Shown here piece after piece: positions 10,674 to 20,198 of a stretch of 64,000 nt of DNA. The stretch comes from a virus. Numbering within the stretch: position 1 is the first letter of the stretch; the number at the start of each line of letters is the position of its first letter. The position numbers and the translations under genes were made by a program. The stretch covers positions 122,367-186,366 of the IMG/VR virus record IMGVR_UViG_3300029288_006769. The stretch is one strand, 5' to 3'. Under the pieces are notes generated by a model. It saw nothing but the letters and a program-made list of their open reading frames with translations, ran no database searches and was not told the origin of the DNA.

Positions 10674-11595
10674 ATGTTAAAAGCTCCATTGGAGTTTTGA
10701 TTCTTATAAGTTTGTCATTCGCATAAATACCATCTTGATTGTAAAGTTTCTCAAGTAAAAATACCAAGTGCCCTTCATGATTGAAATTTTTTGCATTATC
10801 TAAATTGTCTTCAACAATGTATTTGATCTTAAACCTGAGTTTATAGATGTCTTCTTTTCTTTGAAAATCGGACCAGTAAATAGCATCAAAAGGTATATTA
10901 TTTTTGTGTAACCAATAAAGCGTGTCTGTATAGATCACTTTGAACTTCGACACTGGTCTGTTTGTGAAGAGAATTATCGTTTCGCCCTGTGATTTAAGTA
11001 GATTCATCAATTTCAAAGTTTCTTTATTGACAGGCTGATGCCTTTTTTCTCCTGAAAGTCTATATTCGACTTTCAACTCTTGATATGTTTTAAGATCTAA
11101 CAAATCTTTCATTTGTTCGACAGATTCAAACTTATTTCCTTTTTTATTTACCCAATCTAAAAAACAATCAGGGAAATTGTTAATCACGCCGTCAACATCA
11201 AAAATGACTACTTTTTTATGAAGAAGAGATTGAAACTTCTTGTTTTGCTCATATTTTTGTTTTACTACTTCAGTTTTGTCGTTGTAACCTTTAATTACAT
11301 CTTCGTAAGAAATCCCAAGCAATTGCCCAAGGCCCATAAAATATTTCAAAACATCTATATATTCTTCAACTAAATTGCTTGTGACAATAGTATCTTCTTT
11401 CTCGCTCACTTTATAATGCATTTTCCAGTGAGGGAGACAGTTTATAAGATCGGCTAATTCTTTATTAACATGAAAACAAAATTCTTTTGCCCAACGAATT
11501 TTTTCTTGTAAAGACAGATTATGAATATCAAGTTTCTGATCTTTAAAAAACTCTTCATTGAATTCAAATTGATTGTCCCAGATTTTTTTATTCAT
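10633..11595 (-). CDS. HAD-superfamily phosphatase with N-terminal MazG-like domain
   Basis: HAD motif I VVIFDVDGV; N-terminal all-alpha NTP-pyrophosphatase-like segment. Confidence 0.5.
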   Translation of the reverse strand: MNKKIWDNQFEFNEEFFKDQKLDIHNLSLQEKIRWAKEFCFHVNKELADLINCLPHWKMHYKVSEKEDTIVTSNLVEEYIDVLKYFMGLGQLLGISYEDVIKGYNDKTEVVKQKYEQNKKFQSLLHKKVVIFDVDGVINNFPDCFLDWVNKKGNKFESVEQMKDLLDLKTYQELKVEYRLSGEKRHQPVNKETLKLMNLLKSQGETIILFTNRPVSKFKVIYTDTLYWLHKNNIPFDAIYWSDFQRKEDIYKLRFKIKYIVEDNLDNAKNFNHEGHLVFLLEKLYNQDGIYANDKLIRIKTPMELLTYVQSKSRKRLKKD

Positions 11596-11855
11596 AATAA
11601 TTTCTTTTTCTCTACTCTGTCGAAATCATTGCAGGTAAAAAAATGCAAGTAAAAATTCTTAAAAACATTTAATCTTGATTTGCACTTTATGATTGTATAA
11701 TTTAAAAACTTGTTATTATCAAAATAAGAAGCAATCATTATGCCAAACATCATCAAAATAGGATTTAAAAAAACTTTACGAATACTTCGATGATTTACTA
11801 CTTGATCATGGTAATACAAAATGCCCAAGGGTTTAAACGTGTTTTTAATTTTCAT
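11592..11855 (-). CDS. hypothetical protein
   Basis: 87-aa ORF. Confidence 0.2.
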   Translation of the reverse strand: MKIKNTFKPLGILYYHDQVVNHRSIRKVFLNPILMMFGIMIASYFDNNKFLNYTIIKCKSRLNVFKNFYLHFFTCNDFDRVEKKKLL

Positions 11856-12552
11856 TTATTATAAACTTCATTTTAGCTGCTTTATCTAACACAATTTCAG
11901 TTTTCGCTTCATCGCTAGCATTAGATACCCAAGATGCTTCAAAAAAATTTGTTGCTTGCGAAAGTGTTGATGCAAGTCTTCTTGGAGACTGCATATGTCT
12001 TGAAACTATTATTTGAGAGCTTGGATCGTCATGTAAGATTCTAGCAATTGTAGGAAGCTCATGTTCAAGAGGTGTATAAACAGCAGGTGTATAAACAGCA
12101 GGTGTATAAACAGCAGGTCTATGATAAGCAGATCTACTATCTATAGAATAGAACCCGGCTACAAAATGGACTGTAGGAGAATCTCTAAACATTTCCATTA
12201 TATTTTCAGCATCAGGAACTTCATCGGCATAAACATAAAAATCTTCAGATCTACCTCTCACTATTTGAGATAGTTCAAGTTCATATCTGCTTCTATTTCT
12301 CATATTATCAGTTGGAAATACAAAAGGTCGTACTTCAACACCTGCATAGTCTTGTAAAAGATTTCTATTTGGGACTAGAACAACATTATTTCTTTGACTA
12401 TTTCCACGTATCAGTTCTTTTATACAAGTTGTCTTTCCAATTCTTCTCAAAGTACCACAATTAATATTGAGCGAATAGCCTTGATCCACGCACAAATTAT
12501 ACATAAACATTAATTCGCTAACAGACATATTATTTCTTTGCTTTAAATGCAA
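11845..12552 (-). CDS. hypothetical protein containing in-frame PAVYT x3 repeat
   Basis: 15-bp tandem DNA repeat at 12070-12129 encodes PAVYTPAVYTPAVYTP. Confidence 0.35.
   Translation of the reverse strand: MHLKQRNNMSVSELMFMYNLCVDQGYSLNINCGTLRRIGKTTCIKELIRGNSQRNNVVLVPNRNLLQDYAGVEVRPFVFPTDNMRNRSRYELELSQIVRGRSEDFYVYADEVPDAENIMEMFRDSPTVHFVAGFYSIDSRSAYHRPAVYTPAVYTPAVYTPLEHELPTIARILHDDPSSQIIVSRHMQSPRRLASTLSQATNFFEASWVSNASDEAKTEIVLDKAAKMKFIINEN
12070..12129. repeat. 15-bp tandem repeat x3 plus a degenerate 4th copy (GGTGTATAAACAGCA)
   Basis: direct reading of the sequence; in-frame within CDS 11845-12552. Confidence 0.8.
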
Positions 12553-12852
12553 TTTTCAATACAACACAAGGGATAAGACAAACATAAAGCGTTCTTGATT
12601 TCCTGTCCCAAAAAAATCCAACCCAAAAATCATACCATGCAAAAAATAAAGAAATTTTCATATTTGAGGCTCAGTAGTCTGAGTAAGATTTTTTAGTCTT
12701 GCAATTTTTTCTCGACATTTCACTCCTGCTTCATAATTTGAAGTTTTCCATCCATGAACTGCAGCAAAAGAAACAATTGAATTTAATTCTTCAGTCAATA
12801 ACTTTATATATTCATCATAGGCTTCAATAAGTTGTGCAACCATTATAATCTC

Positions 12853-13782
12853 CTATGCTTGTGCTTCTTCTATTACTGTCTCAGTTTTCCAACGACGATT
12901 CCAAGTACCATACCGTCCCACAAATTTTACTGGCTTATCTTTCAATTCAAAATCATTTTCTAAAGAAATAATCTGATTGTTCTTTACAAGCCTAACAGCT
13001 TGATCAATAGGAATCGTAAAATATTTAGGATCTATATATTTCTTAAAATCAATAATTCTTGTTCCAACAACATCGCACACAACGCCCATCTTGCATTTAG
13101 TCATTCTATGAAATGGGGTGTCTGTTCTTGCATCATACACATAATCAAACTCTTTCAAGTCGAAAAAATCTTTTGACAATAAACAATAGGCCATATCAAA
13201 AGATTGTAATGCGATACTCAAGCCAGCAACACGGGCAAAAATGTTTAGTGGTATTGTAGATACTAGCTTACTGAACTTGAGTACCATATTACTATCTGTT
13301 GAAATCATTTGTTTTTCAAGATTTATATGAGTTATACTTCCCATATAAATACGCTCTTCTAACTGATCAAACAATTTGGAAATCAATAATTTAAAGTCAA
13401 CATCGCATACTTGAAACTCTTTAATATTTGTGTTAAGGACAGTTGGATCAAAACCTTTCAAATCATTCTGCCCTCTTGACTTCATGAAATATTTTTGTCT
13501 GAACTCTGGTCCTGGATTATCTATCCAACCTGTATCATCTAGATAACCAATTCTTATTGTTGAAAGTTTTAATGGAACTTCTAAATCTTCTAAGAACTTC
13601 TCGACATATTTTGATTTATTGTGAAGATATCTCGGACCCAAGTCGAAATAAGAAATCATCTGACCACCTACTTGATCTGTCAAAATAAAGTGGTCAGTAT
13701 GATACTTAGCCCATATTAAGCCTGCAATTCCCCCACCTACTATAACATTCATAGGCAGTCTCTTACTTTTTCCGTAAAACAT
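12853..13782 (-). CDS. FAD/NAD(P)-binding oxidoreductase (UDP-galactopyranose mutase / amine-oxidase-like)
   Basis: N-terminal dinucleotide fold VIVGGGIAGLIWA...DQVGGQ. Confidence 0.5.
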   Translation of the reverse strand: MFYGKSKRLPMNVIVGGGIAGLIWAKYHTDHFILTDQVGGQMISYFDLGPRYLHNKSKYVEKFLEDLEVPLKLSTIRIGYLDDTGWIDNPGPEFRQKYFMKSRGQNDLKGFDPTVLNTNIKEFQVCDVDFKLLISKLFDQLEERIYMGSITHINLEKQMISTDSNMVLKFSKLVSTIPLNIFARVAGLSIALQSFDMAYCLLSKDFFDLKEFDYVYDARTDTPFHRMTKCKMGVVCDVVGTRIIDFKKYIDPKYFTIPIDQAVRLVKNNQIISLENDFELKDKPVKFVGRYGTWNRRWKTETVIEEAQA

Positions 13783-14333
13783 AAAGTTGCGAATTCTAAC
13801 ATTAATTTTTCAATTTCTTCTTTATTTTTCTTGATATTATAGTTAATATCTTGAATTATGCCATTTTTATGCGCATCGATTTCAGATTTACACACACCCG
13901 ACGGACCCATGTGAAACACACCACCTTTTTGACAAGGAATAAGTTTATTTATTTTATCTGAGTAATATTCATTTTGTCCAATATTCTTGAGAAAGTCCCG
14001 CAAATTTTTAACAGCATTTACACTTATATCATAATCATCTACAATGCTGTAGATAAAAGAAAATTTGTCATATAAAATTTTAAATTGAGGGGATAGTACT
14101 ATTTTATTTTTGTGTTTTCTCAATAAAAAGATAATACCCGAATCATAACTATGGTTCCTATGATAATTTTGGTGACATGTTGGACATATCGGTATCAAGT
14201 TTAATTCGTCATTATTGTCTCTATTTCCATCAATGTGGTGAATATCATTTGCAGTTATATTCCCGCAACAAATAGGGCATTTATAATCAAACAATTTAAG
14301 TAACGTGTCTCTTGTTGTATCTGTGTTTTTCAT
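13749..14333 (-). CDS. HNH endonuclease
   Basis: CPICCG...DIHHIDGNRDNN...NLIPICPTCHQNYH. Confidence 0.8.
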   Translation of the reverse strand: MKNTDTTRDTLLKLFDYKCPICCGNITANDIHHIDGNRDNNDELNLIPICPTCHQNYHRNHSYDSGIIFLLRKHKNKIVLSPQFKILYDKFSFIYSIVDDYDISVNAVKNLRDFLKNIGQNEYYSDKINKLIPCQKGGVFHMGPSGVCKSEIDAHKNGIIQDINYNIKKNKEEIEKLMLEFATLCFTEKVRDCL

Positions 14334-14379
14334 AATGTGCTCCTGAGTTTTCGATTATTGTTTGCAAATTAATTTAATA

Positions 14380-15378
14380 TCATTTGCTCTCGAAAAGGCT
14401 TTTGTCTTTTGGATCAAGTTTATCGTAATCATTTTCTGTATACTTTACCCAACCGTCTCTTGGAACTATTTCGACATATTTTGCTAACTCATTATAATCT
14501 GAACAACTTCTATTGAATTCAGAATATTCAACTTCGTCTGGCCAACGACCACAACCAGCAAACAGATTACTAAAATACTTTGTCAATCCTTCTGCACCAC
14601 CATGATAAATACATTTCTTTGCTCCATCGCATGCAGGTCGTAAATAATTTGCAATCAAAGGAGTCTGTTTTTTGATTTCTTCTCTCAATTTCCAATACAT
14701 AAAAACTATTGGAGATTCTTCACAAGCCATAAGCCTTCTTGCCATTTGACCTTTTAAAGAAAGCAAATCAATAGAAGTAGTAAACGAATGATTATATGAC
14801 ATAGGAAGAACAGCTCTTGCTGTTTGATACGAACCACAACCAAGATTCAAAATTTCACTATATAGATCCTTTGTTGCTTTCAACCAGCTTTCAAATCTTG
14901 ATTTTAAATCTGGCTTATTTTGAATTTCTTCATATAGTTCTGGGTACAAAATTAAAGGAGCTTCAGTTTTCGCGTTGTCTCTACAGCCAATACTCTGGTG
15001 TGCGGCAAGTCTGACCCTCGCGTGTTGGTCAAACATGTGCCTTGGGCCACCATTGACACCGAATTGATATTTTACATTTTCCATTGCTAAAGGTAATGTT
15101 TCACCTTGCAATGAACTTAAAACCACAATGAATCTATTTATTGGAGACAATTTTTCCCATTTATGACAAGATCCTTCGTTAGCTCCTATTTTTGCTGAGC
15201 CCCACGTAGAACAAGCTGCATTCACAATATTTTTATACGGGTTGCAAGGCGAATCAAAAACTTCGACAGTCAAAGCATCATAAACGCTTAAATAATCATA
15301 GGTAACATTAGGAGTTCTATCTGGTAGAGTGTCAAGTGCTTCTCTTATGTTGTCGATTTGTTCTTTAGACATTGACAT
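14380..15378 (-). CDS. hypothetical protein
   Basis: 332-aa ORF; no confident motif. Confidence 0.35.
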   Translation of the reverse strand: MSMSKEQIDNIREALDTLPDRTPNVTYDYLSVYDALTVEVFDSPCNPYKNIVNAACSTWGSAKIGANEGSCHKWEKLSPINRFIVVLSSLQGETLPLAMENVKYQFGVNGGPRHMFDQHARVRLAAHQSIGCRDNAKTEAPLILYPELYEEIQNKPDLKSRFESWLKATKDLYSEILNLGCGSYQTARAVLPMSYNHSFTTSIDLLSLKGQMARRLMACEESPIVFMYWKLREEIKKQTPLIANYLRPACDGAKKCIYHGGAEGLTKYFSNLFAGCGRWPDEVEYSEFNRSCSDYNELAKYVEIVPRDGWVKYTENDYDKLDPKDKSLFESK

Positions 15379-16112
15379 ATTTGCTCCTTTAACTTTTTTA
15401 AAGTATAAATGTTGACATTCTGAACTACAAATAAATTATAATTTTTGGGAATTTTTTGTTTTCGACATTTAAAATATTCATCAAGCGTCCTGTATTCATA
15501 TCTATATTTTTTACCTCTCCAAATTTCAATTCTTTTTGACAAACTTAAATTCTTGGGATTTGAATAACATTGATGATATTCGATTACGATATTGTTAATT
15601 AAAAAATCTACTTCTATACTATTAACTCTAACGTGACAATTTTCGCCTTCTTTTAAGATAAGACAAAATTCTTTTTCAAGAAAAATCGCGCATTGTTTTT
15701 CAGATTCACTCGAAAACTTTATACCGGCATGCTCAAATTTAGTTTTCGATCTAAAAGACTTTATCGAAACATGACCAGCAAAACAGCGTTGTGCTTTATA
15801 ACGATTTGGGTGAGATTTATAGAATTTTAAATAACATTCTTTATTGCAAAACTTTTTCAAAGAAACTACATGTATTCTTTTGTTTTTTTCAGATAAAAGT
15901 CGTCTAATTGGTTTCTTGCAATGACCGCATTTATACGCTTTAGTTTTTTGTTCGTGCTTTCTAATAGCTTTGCAAGCACTGCAAAAATAACGTTTCTTAT
16001 TTAATGTTTTAAGTATTTTTTTCTTTCTATTTACTGTAATAACTTTCTTAGTTTTGCATCTAAAACAAACAATTTCTGATAAAGGATTTCTTTTCCTATT
16101 TGTTTCAGACAT
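15345..16112 (-). CDS. Cys-rich zinc-finger protein (possible homing-endonuclease-like)
   Basis: multiple CxxC pairs (CFRCKTKK, CSACK, CGHCKK). Confidence 0.3.
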   Translation of the reverse strand: MSETNRKRNPLSEIVCFRCKTKKVITVNRKKKILKTLNKKRYFCSACKAIRKHEQKTKAYKCGHCKKPIRRLLSEKNKRIHVVSLKKFCNKECYLKFYKSHPNRYKAQRCFAGHVSIKSFRSKTKFEHAGIKFSSESEKQCAIFLEKEFCLILKEGENCHVRVNSIEVDFLINNIVIEYHQCYSNPKNLSLSKRIEIWRGKKYRYEYRTLDEYFKCRKQKIPKNYNLFVVQNVNIYTLKKLKEQICQCLKNKSTT

Positions 16113-16156
16113 CTTTTTCCTTGTCTCTTGTGCTCTTTCAACTCCTTGTATCTCTT

Positions 16157-16588
16157 CTAGACTTTTACCCTTGTTAAAACTAAATTCCTCACAATGTTCT
16201 TTTTTATATTGCTTAAAACACGAATTGCTACAAAAAACCCTCTGTTCGTTTTTTCTAATTTCAAGAGTTTTTTTTGCAATGTTTGCATATCTTTAAACTT
16301 CTTTTCATTTAACAAAATTAAGCGTTTCTTGCGTCTTTCTTTAAGTTGTTCTTTAGAGAACTTTTTATTCCAGATTTGTTGAACATATGAAGGTCCAACA
16401 TTATATTTTGCACCAACTTCTACAGAGCTATGCGCAAATTTTTCAAAATCATGTCCTATTAAACTTTTTAATTCTTCTAAATACTTTTTGTGCTCTAGAC
16501 AATTTATTGCTGACATTTTGATATGATGACTGACAGCAAGTTTGTTTTTTAATAATTTGTCACAAGAAGAAACATAACATTTAATCAT
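16157..16588 (-). CDS. hypothetical protein
   Basis: ORF. Confidence 0.25.
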   Translation of the reverse strand: MIKCYVSSCDKLLKNKLAVSHHIKMSAINCLEHKKYLEELKSLIGHDFEKFAHSSVEVGAKYNVGPSYVQQIWNKKFSKEQLKERRKKRLILLNEKKFKDMQTLQKKLLKLEKTNRGFFVAIRVLSNIKKNIVRNLVLTRVKV

Positions 16589-16941
16589 TTTCTGTTATAC
16601 ATTGCTGTGTTAGAAAGGAAACTGTTTTTCCAGTCCCATTCGTCAAGGAAAAACTTGTCAAAGTCATGACTTGAGATTTCTACTTCATCTCTGACTTCGT
16701 ACTCTACCATTTTTATAGCTTTTTGATACTCTTTTGCGTAAGAAACTGGTTTAGGTAACCTGACATCAATTACAGTTTCACGTGCTTTGTCAGAATTAAG
16801 CTCATCAAGAATATTATGGAGAGCTACTTTGCATTTTTCAATCCAGCCAAGTAAAGCTTCTTCATAATCTTTTTCATGTTGGGCGAGATTTTTGTTAAGG
16901 ACTTCAAGAACAGTTACTTTTTTAACTTTAATCATTTCCAT
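16585..16941 (-). CDS. hypothetical protein
   Basis: ORF, 4-bp overlap with the downstream gene. Confidence 0.3.
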   Translation of the reverse strand: MEMIKVKKVTVLEVLNKNLAQHEKDYEEALLGWIEKCKVALHNILDELNSDKARETVIDVRLPKPVSYAKEYQKAIKMVEYEVRDEVEISSHDFDKFFLDEWDWKNSFLSNTAMYNRK

Positions 16942-17046
16942 AGTTTCCTCCTTTGATGTTCTAAATTATATCAAGTGAGGAAAATAAATTCACAAGTTTG
17001 TATTGGATTTATTTTTAAATATAAAAAACTTAAAAGAGGAGAAAAA

Positions 17047-17601
17047 ATGCTTAAAATCGACAATATTGATGTATTAACTCGTTGGACAATGGTAATTGAT
17101 GCTGCAAAAACTACTATTGGCAAGATAGCATCTAAGAAAGAACCTACATCGCATTGGAAGAAAATGATACTTCTTGCAGAGCATTCACCCATAAGAATTC
17201 TTTTAGTGAAGTGGAAATGGGTTGAAATAAAATATTGGGTGAGCGTCCATTTTGTAAGACATAAAATTGGGATAGAACATTTTGTCAAATCGCAAAGATC
17301 AGACCGTACAGGCAATAATCGAGAAAATTCTCCCCAGAATTCTCTAGTCGATCATGAGTGTGTTGCGAATGCTCAATCTATTATTAATATTTCAAGAAAA
17401 AGGCTTTGCAACAAAGCATCTAAAGAAACACGCGAAGCTTGGCAAATATTCTTGGATAATCTAAAATTAACAGAACCAGAACTTGTAAGCGTGTGTGTGA
17501 AAGAATGTTTATATAGAGGGCACTGTTACGAATTTGATTCGTGTGGTTATGTGAACACAGAAGATTATGCAATAGAACTTAATAATTATAGGTCGTTATA
17601 G
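17047..17601 (+). CDS. ThyX-like protein (flavin-dependent thymidylate synthase family, short/divergent)
   Basis: AAGAGGAG RBS before Met at 17047. HSPIRILLVKW...SVHFVRHKIGIEHFVKSQRS aligns with the T. maritima ThyX segment HETPFEH...RQWFRHRIASYNELSGRY, which contains the RHR...S..R motif. Confidence 0.45.
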   Translation: MLKIDNIDVLTRWTMVIDAAKTTIGKIASKKEPTSHWKKMILLAEHSPIRILLVKWKWVEIKYWVSVHFVRHKIGIEHFVKSQRSDRTGNNRENSPQNSLVDHECVANAQSIINISRKRLCNKASKETREAWQIFLDNLKLTEPELVSVCVKECLYRGHCYEFDSCGYVNTEDYAIELNNYRSL

Positions 17602-17612
17602 AAATAAATTTT

Positions 17613-18392
17613 ATGAGTATATACAAAATAACAAATTTATTAAACAACAAGATTTACGTTGGAAAATTAAAAGACACTTCTGTTTTTGAAACTTATTGGG
17701 GTTCGGGAATTCTTATACAACGAACTATTACAAGATATGGTATAGAAAATTTTAAAAAAGAAATATTAGAAGAAGTTGCCGATGCAAACATAAATGACAG
17801 AGAAAGATATTGGATCAAACTATTTAACGCTTATGATATTAAAATCGGATACAACTTAACTGAGGGTGGAGAAGGTGGTGATGTTTTTTCTAAAAAACCA
17901 GATTATTTAAAAAATATCACTAGAAAGAACATGTCAAAAGCACGTAAAGGTATGAAACAAACTCCAGAATGGATAAAAAATAGAATAGGTATGATTACAG
18001 GACCAAGAAATGGAATGTTTGGGAAAAAACTATCTGAAGTCACTAGAAAAAAGATAAGTTTGAAATTAAAAGGCAGAAAATTTACAGAAACACATAAGAA
18101 GAACATGTCCAACAGTAAAATTGGTAATAAAAACCCAATATACAAGATTTTAGCAGATCCCAAAAAATATAGAAATTTTGTGAACAAAATGTCAGCAGTG
18201 ACATCTGGTAGTAACAACCCAAGAGCATTGAAAATAATTAGATCGGACATGCATGGAAATGAAACATTAAAAGAAGCTACTTTATCAATTGCATCGACAG
18301 ATAAAAATATTTATTATCAATCAAGAAAAATAAAAGAAGCAATTGCTAATAATATGCTCCATAAAGAACACAAGTGGAAATTTGCGGAATAG
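17613..18392 (+). CDS. GIY-YIG homing endonuclease with NUMOD-like C-terminal repeats
   Basis: IYKITNLLNNKIYVGK...YWGSG...NLTEGGEGG, then repeated K/R-rich DNA-binding modules. Confidence 0.8.
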   Translation: MSIYKITNLLNNKIYVGKLKDTSVFETYWGSGILIQRTITRYGIENFKKEILEEVADANINDRERYWIKLFNAYDIKIGYNLTEGGEGGDVFSKKPDYLKNITRKNMSKARKGMKQTPEWIKNRIGMITGPRNGMFGKKLSEVTRKKISLKLKGRKFTETHKKNMSNSKIGNKNPIYKILADPKKYRNFVNKMSAVTSGSNNPRALKIIRSDMHGNETLKEATLSIASTDKNIYYQSRKIKEAIANNMLHKEHKWKFAE

Positions 18393-18444
18393 TAGGGACC
18401 TTTCGGTCCTTACCAATTCCGCTGCAACTCCTGGGTAGGAAAGA

Positions 18445-19224
18445 TCAGTTGAAGAAGGAGTTATTCGCTCCGCCGACGGTTGTCTGACTGGTTCTTATGA
18501 CGGATTTGCTCACCAGATCGACAGTCCTGCGTATTTCGCTCTCGGTAGCGTCAACTGTCATTTTGTTGATGAACCCGACGGAATCAGCAATTGCACCAAG
18601 ATCATCATTGGGATCCTGCTTATAACCGATATAAACAGGGTAGAATCCCTCTTTTTTCAGTGATGCATCGACGACTGTTTTGCAATCGTCAGCTGAATGC
18701 TTGCGCGAATCATTATCGTCACCATCTGAAAAAACTGCAATGATGATTTTTGACCGTACACCACTACTCTTCAGATCCTTGGCGTAAGCTTGCGCTCCGG
18801 TCAATGCATCCATAAGAGCATCATACAGCGCCGTTGAACCACCTTTTGCAGCATACTGTTTTTCGATGGGACCGATATCTGTGGATTTTTTGAACCCATG
18901 GAGGATGGTTGCCCGTGTCGAAAAAACAACCGTACTCACGAGAATCGAGCCACCCTGTTTTGAGCCTTTGAAGGAATTGATGAATTTGTCGTAGCATTCC
19001 CTGACGGTATTCTCATGCATGTTCATCGACAATGAACCGTCAAGGAGCACCTTAACCAGGGTGACATCGTCCGTTTCGATATCATCTACCGAAGCGCCCA
19101 AGCACCCGGTGAGATTTGTTCCGTTCAAACTGTTGATCATCAATGCTGATGCGGCCGGATCCATTGTCTGATCGTTCTGAAACAAGGATTGAATATCACC
19201 AACAGTTGGTTGACTTCCTGCCAT
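18445..19224 (-). CDS. von Willebrand factor A (vWA) domain protein
   Basis: MIDAS DxSxS (LLDGSLSM). Start placed at the internal Met preceded by an AGGAAGG RBS. Lies in a higher-GC segment. Confidence 0.55.
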   Translation of the reverse strand: MAGSQPTVGDIQSLFQNDQTMDPAASALMINSLNGTNLTGCLGASVDDIETDDVTLVKVLLDGSLSMNMHENTVRECYDKFINSFKGSKQGGSILVSTVVFSTRATILHGFKKSTDIGPIEKQYAAKGGSTALYDALMDALTGAQAYAKDLKSSGVRSKIIIAVFSDGDDNDSRKHSADDCKTVVDASLKKEGFYPVYIGYKQDPNDDLGAIADSVGFINKMTVDATESEIRRTVDLVSKSVIRTSQTTVGGANNSFFN

Positions 19225-19243
19225 ATTAAACCGCCTTCCTATT

Positions 19244-20185
19244 TTAAAAGATTTTGTCTGTGCTATTGACGATGTGTACGCCTTCTTTGATGAAGCCGTC
19301 GAACTGTGCTTCAGCAATAGCATCGAAATCGACATCCGGATTCTTGACCGAGCTCATGCAGTTTCTCAGGATCCATATCTTCTCGAGAATTGCAGTCTGT
19401 CCCTTGAAGAAAGCGATCAGCTGCCTGAGGGATTCAAGCACGCAGTGCGACTTTGCTTCGCCGACGACTATGATTTTGTCGTATTTCCCGAGTACATTGC
19501 AGAATCCCGTATTGATACCGGATGCCCTGGGGTTTTTGGGTACCAGGACTTCGGGCCGGAAAATACCATACATTTCGGTTTCCGGTACGTCGCCTTTGAT
19601 TTGGAAACTGATTTGCGACCGGCGAATCAATGCGTGGTAGTAAAGGATTTCATAGAGCGCCGGTACGAGAGCATGTCCCGGTGTACCGAGCATGGTGTGT
19701 TCCGGCCAGATAATCAGGGGCTGTTTGGTTTGTGCTTCGAGTGTTTTGATGTAATCAAGCGACCATACAGGGTCGATGACCGGTTTGAATTTGCCTTTTT
19801 CCACGTCTGCGGCCGTGATGAACGTGAACGGCGCCGGATGCTGACCTTTTTCATCGAGCCACCAGTTCCCGTAGAAAATTTGGAAAACCAGGTGGGTATC
19901 GAGAGTTGGATAGATTGTTGTGATTCTATCCATGTGCTCGAGAATGAAATCGATAATGTTGAACATATCCATTTCAGCATTATCAACGTACAGTTGACCG
20001 GTAGGCCGTGGGCAACAGAAATCCACCTGACAGTCAATTGCGAGTAATGCCGTTCTCTGTCCAGGTTTATCCATTACCGATGGTATTGGAGTAAGGCGAG
20101 CGGCCTCTTCCTTTACCCTGGTGATGTCTGGGACATATAGAGCCCCAATCTTCGACTGATCAAAGAAACTTGGTTTGGACGCCAT
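19244..20185 (-). CDS. isochorismatase-family hydrolase, PncA-like nicotinamidase candidate
   Basis: ALLAIDCQVDFCCP resembles PncA IIVDVQNDFCEGG; catalytic Cys context GEAKSHCVLES. Confidence 0.5.
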   Translation of the reverse strand: MASKPSFFDQSKIGALYVPDITRVKEEAARLTPIPSVMDKPGQRTALLAIDCQVDFCCPRPTGQLYVDNAEMDMFNIIDFILEHMDRITTIYPTLDTHLVFQIFYGNWWLDEKGQHPAPFTFITAADVEKGKFKPVIDPVWSLDYIKTLEAQTKQPLIIWPEHTMLGTPGHALVPALYEILYYHALIRRSQISFQIKGDVPETEMYGIFRPEVLVPKNPRASGINTGFCNVLGKYDKIIVVGEAKSHCVLESLRQLIAFFKGQTAILEKIWILRNCMSSVKNPDVDFDAIAEAQFDGFIKEGVHIVNSTDKIF

Positions 20186-20198
20186 ATCTGAACTCCTT

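Noticed and set aside
14380-15378. ThyX assignment for the 332-aa ORF (segment PRHMFDQHARVRLAAHQS)
   Set aside because: The spacing does not fit the ThyX RHRxxSxxxxSxR motif and no other ThyX segments align, so it is left as hypothetical.
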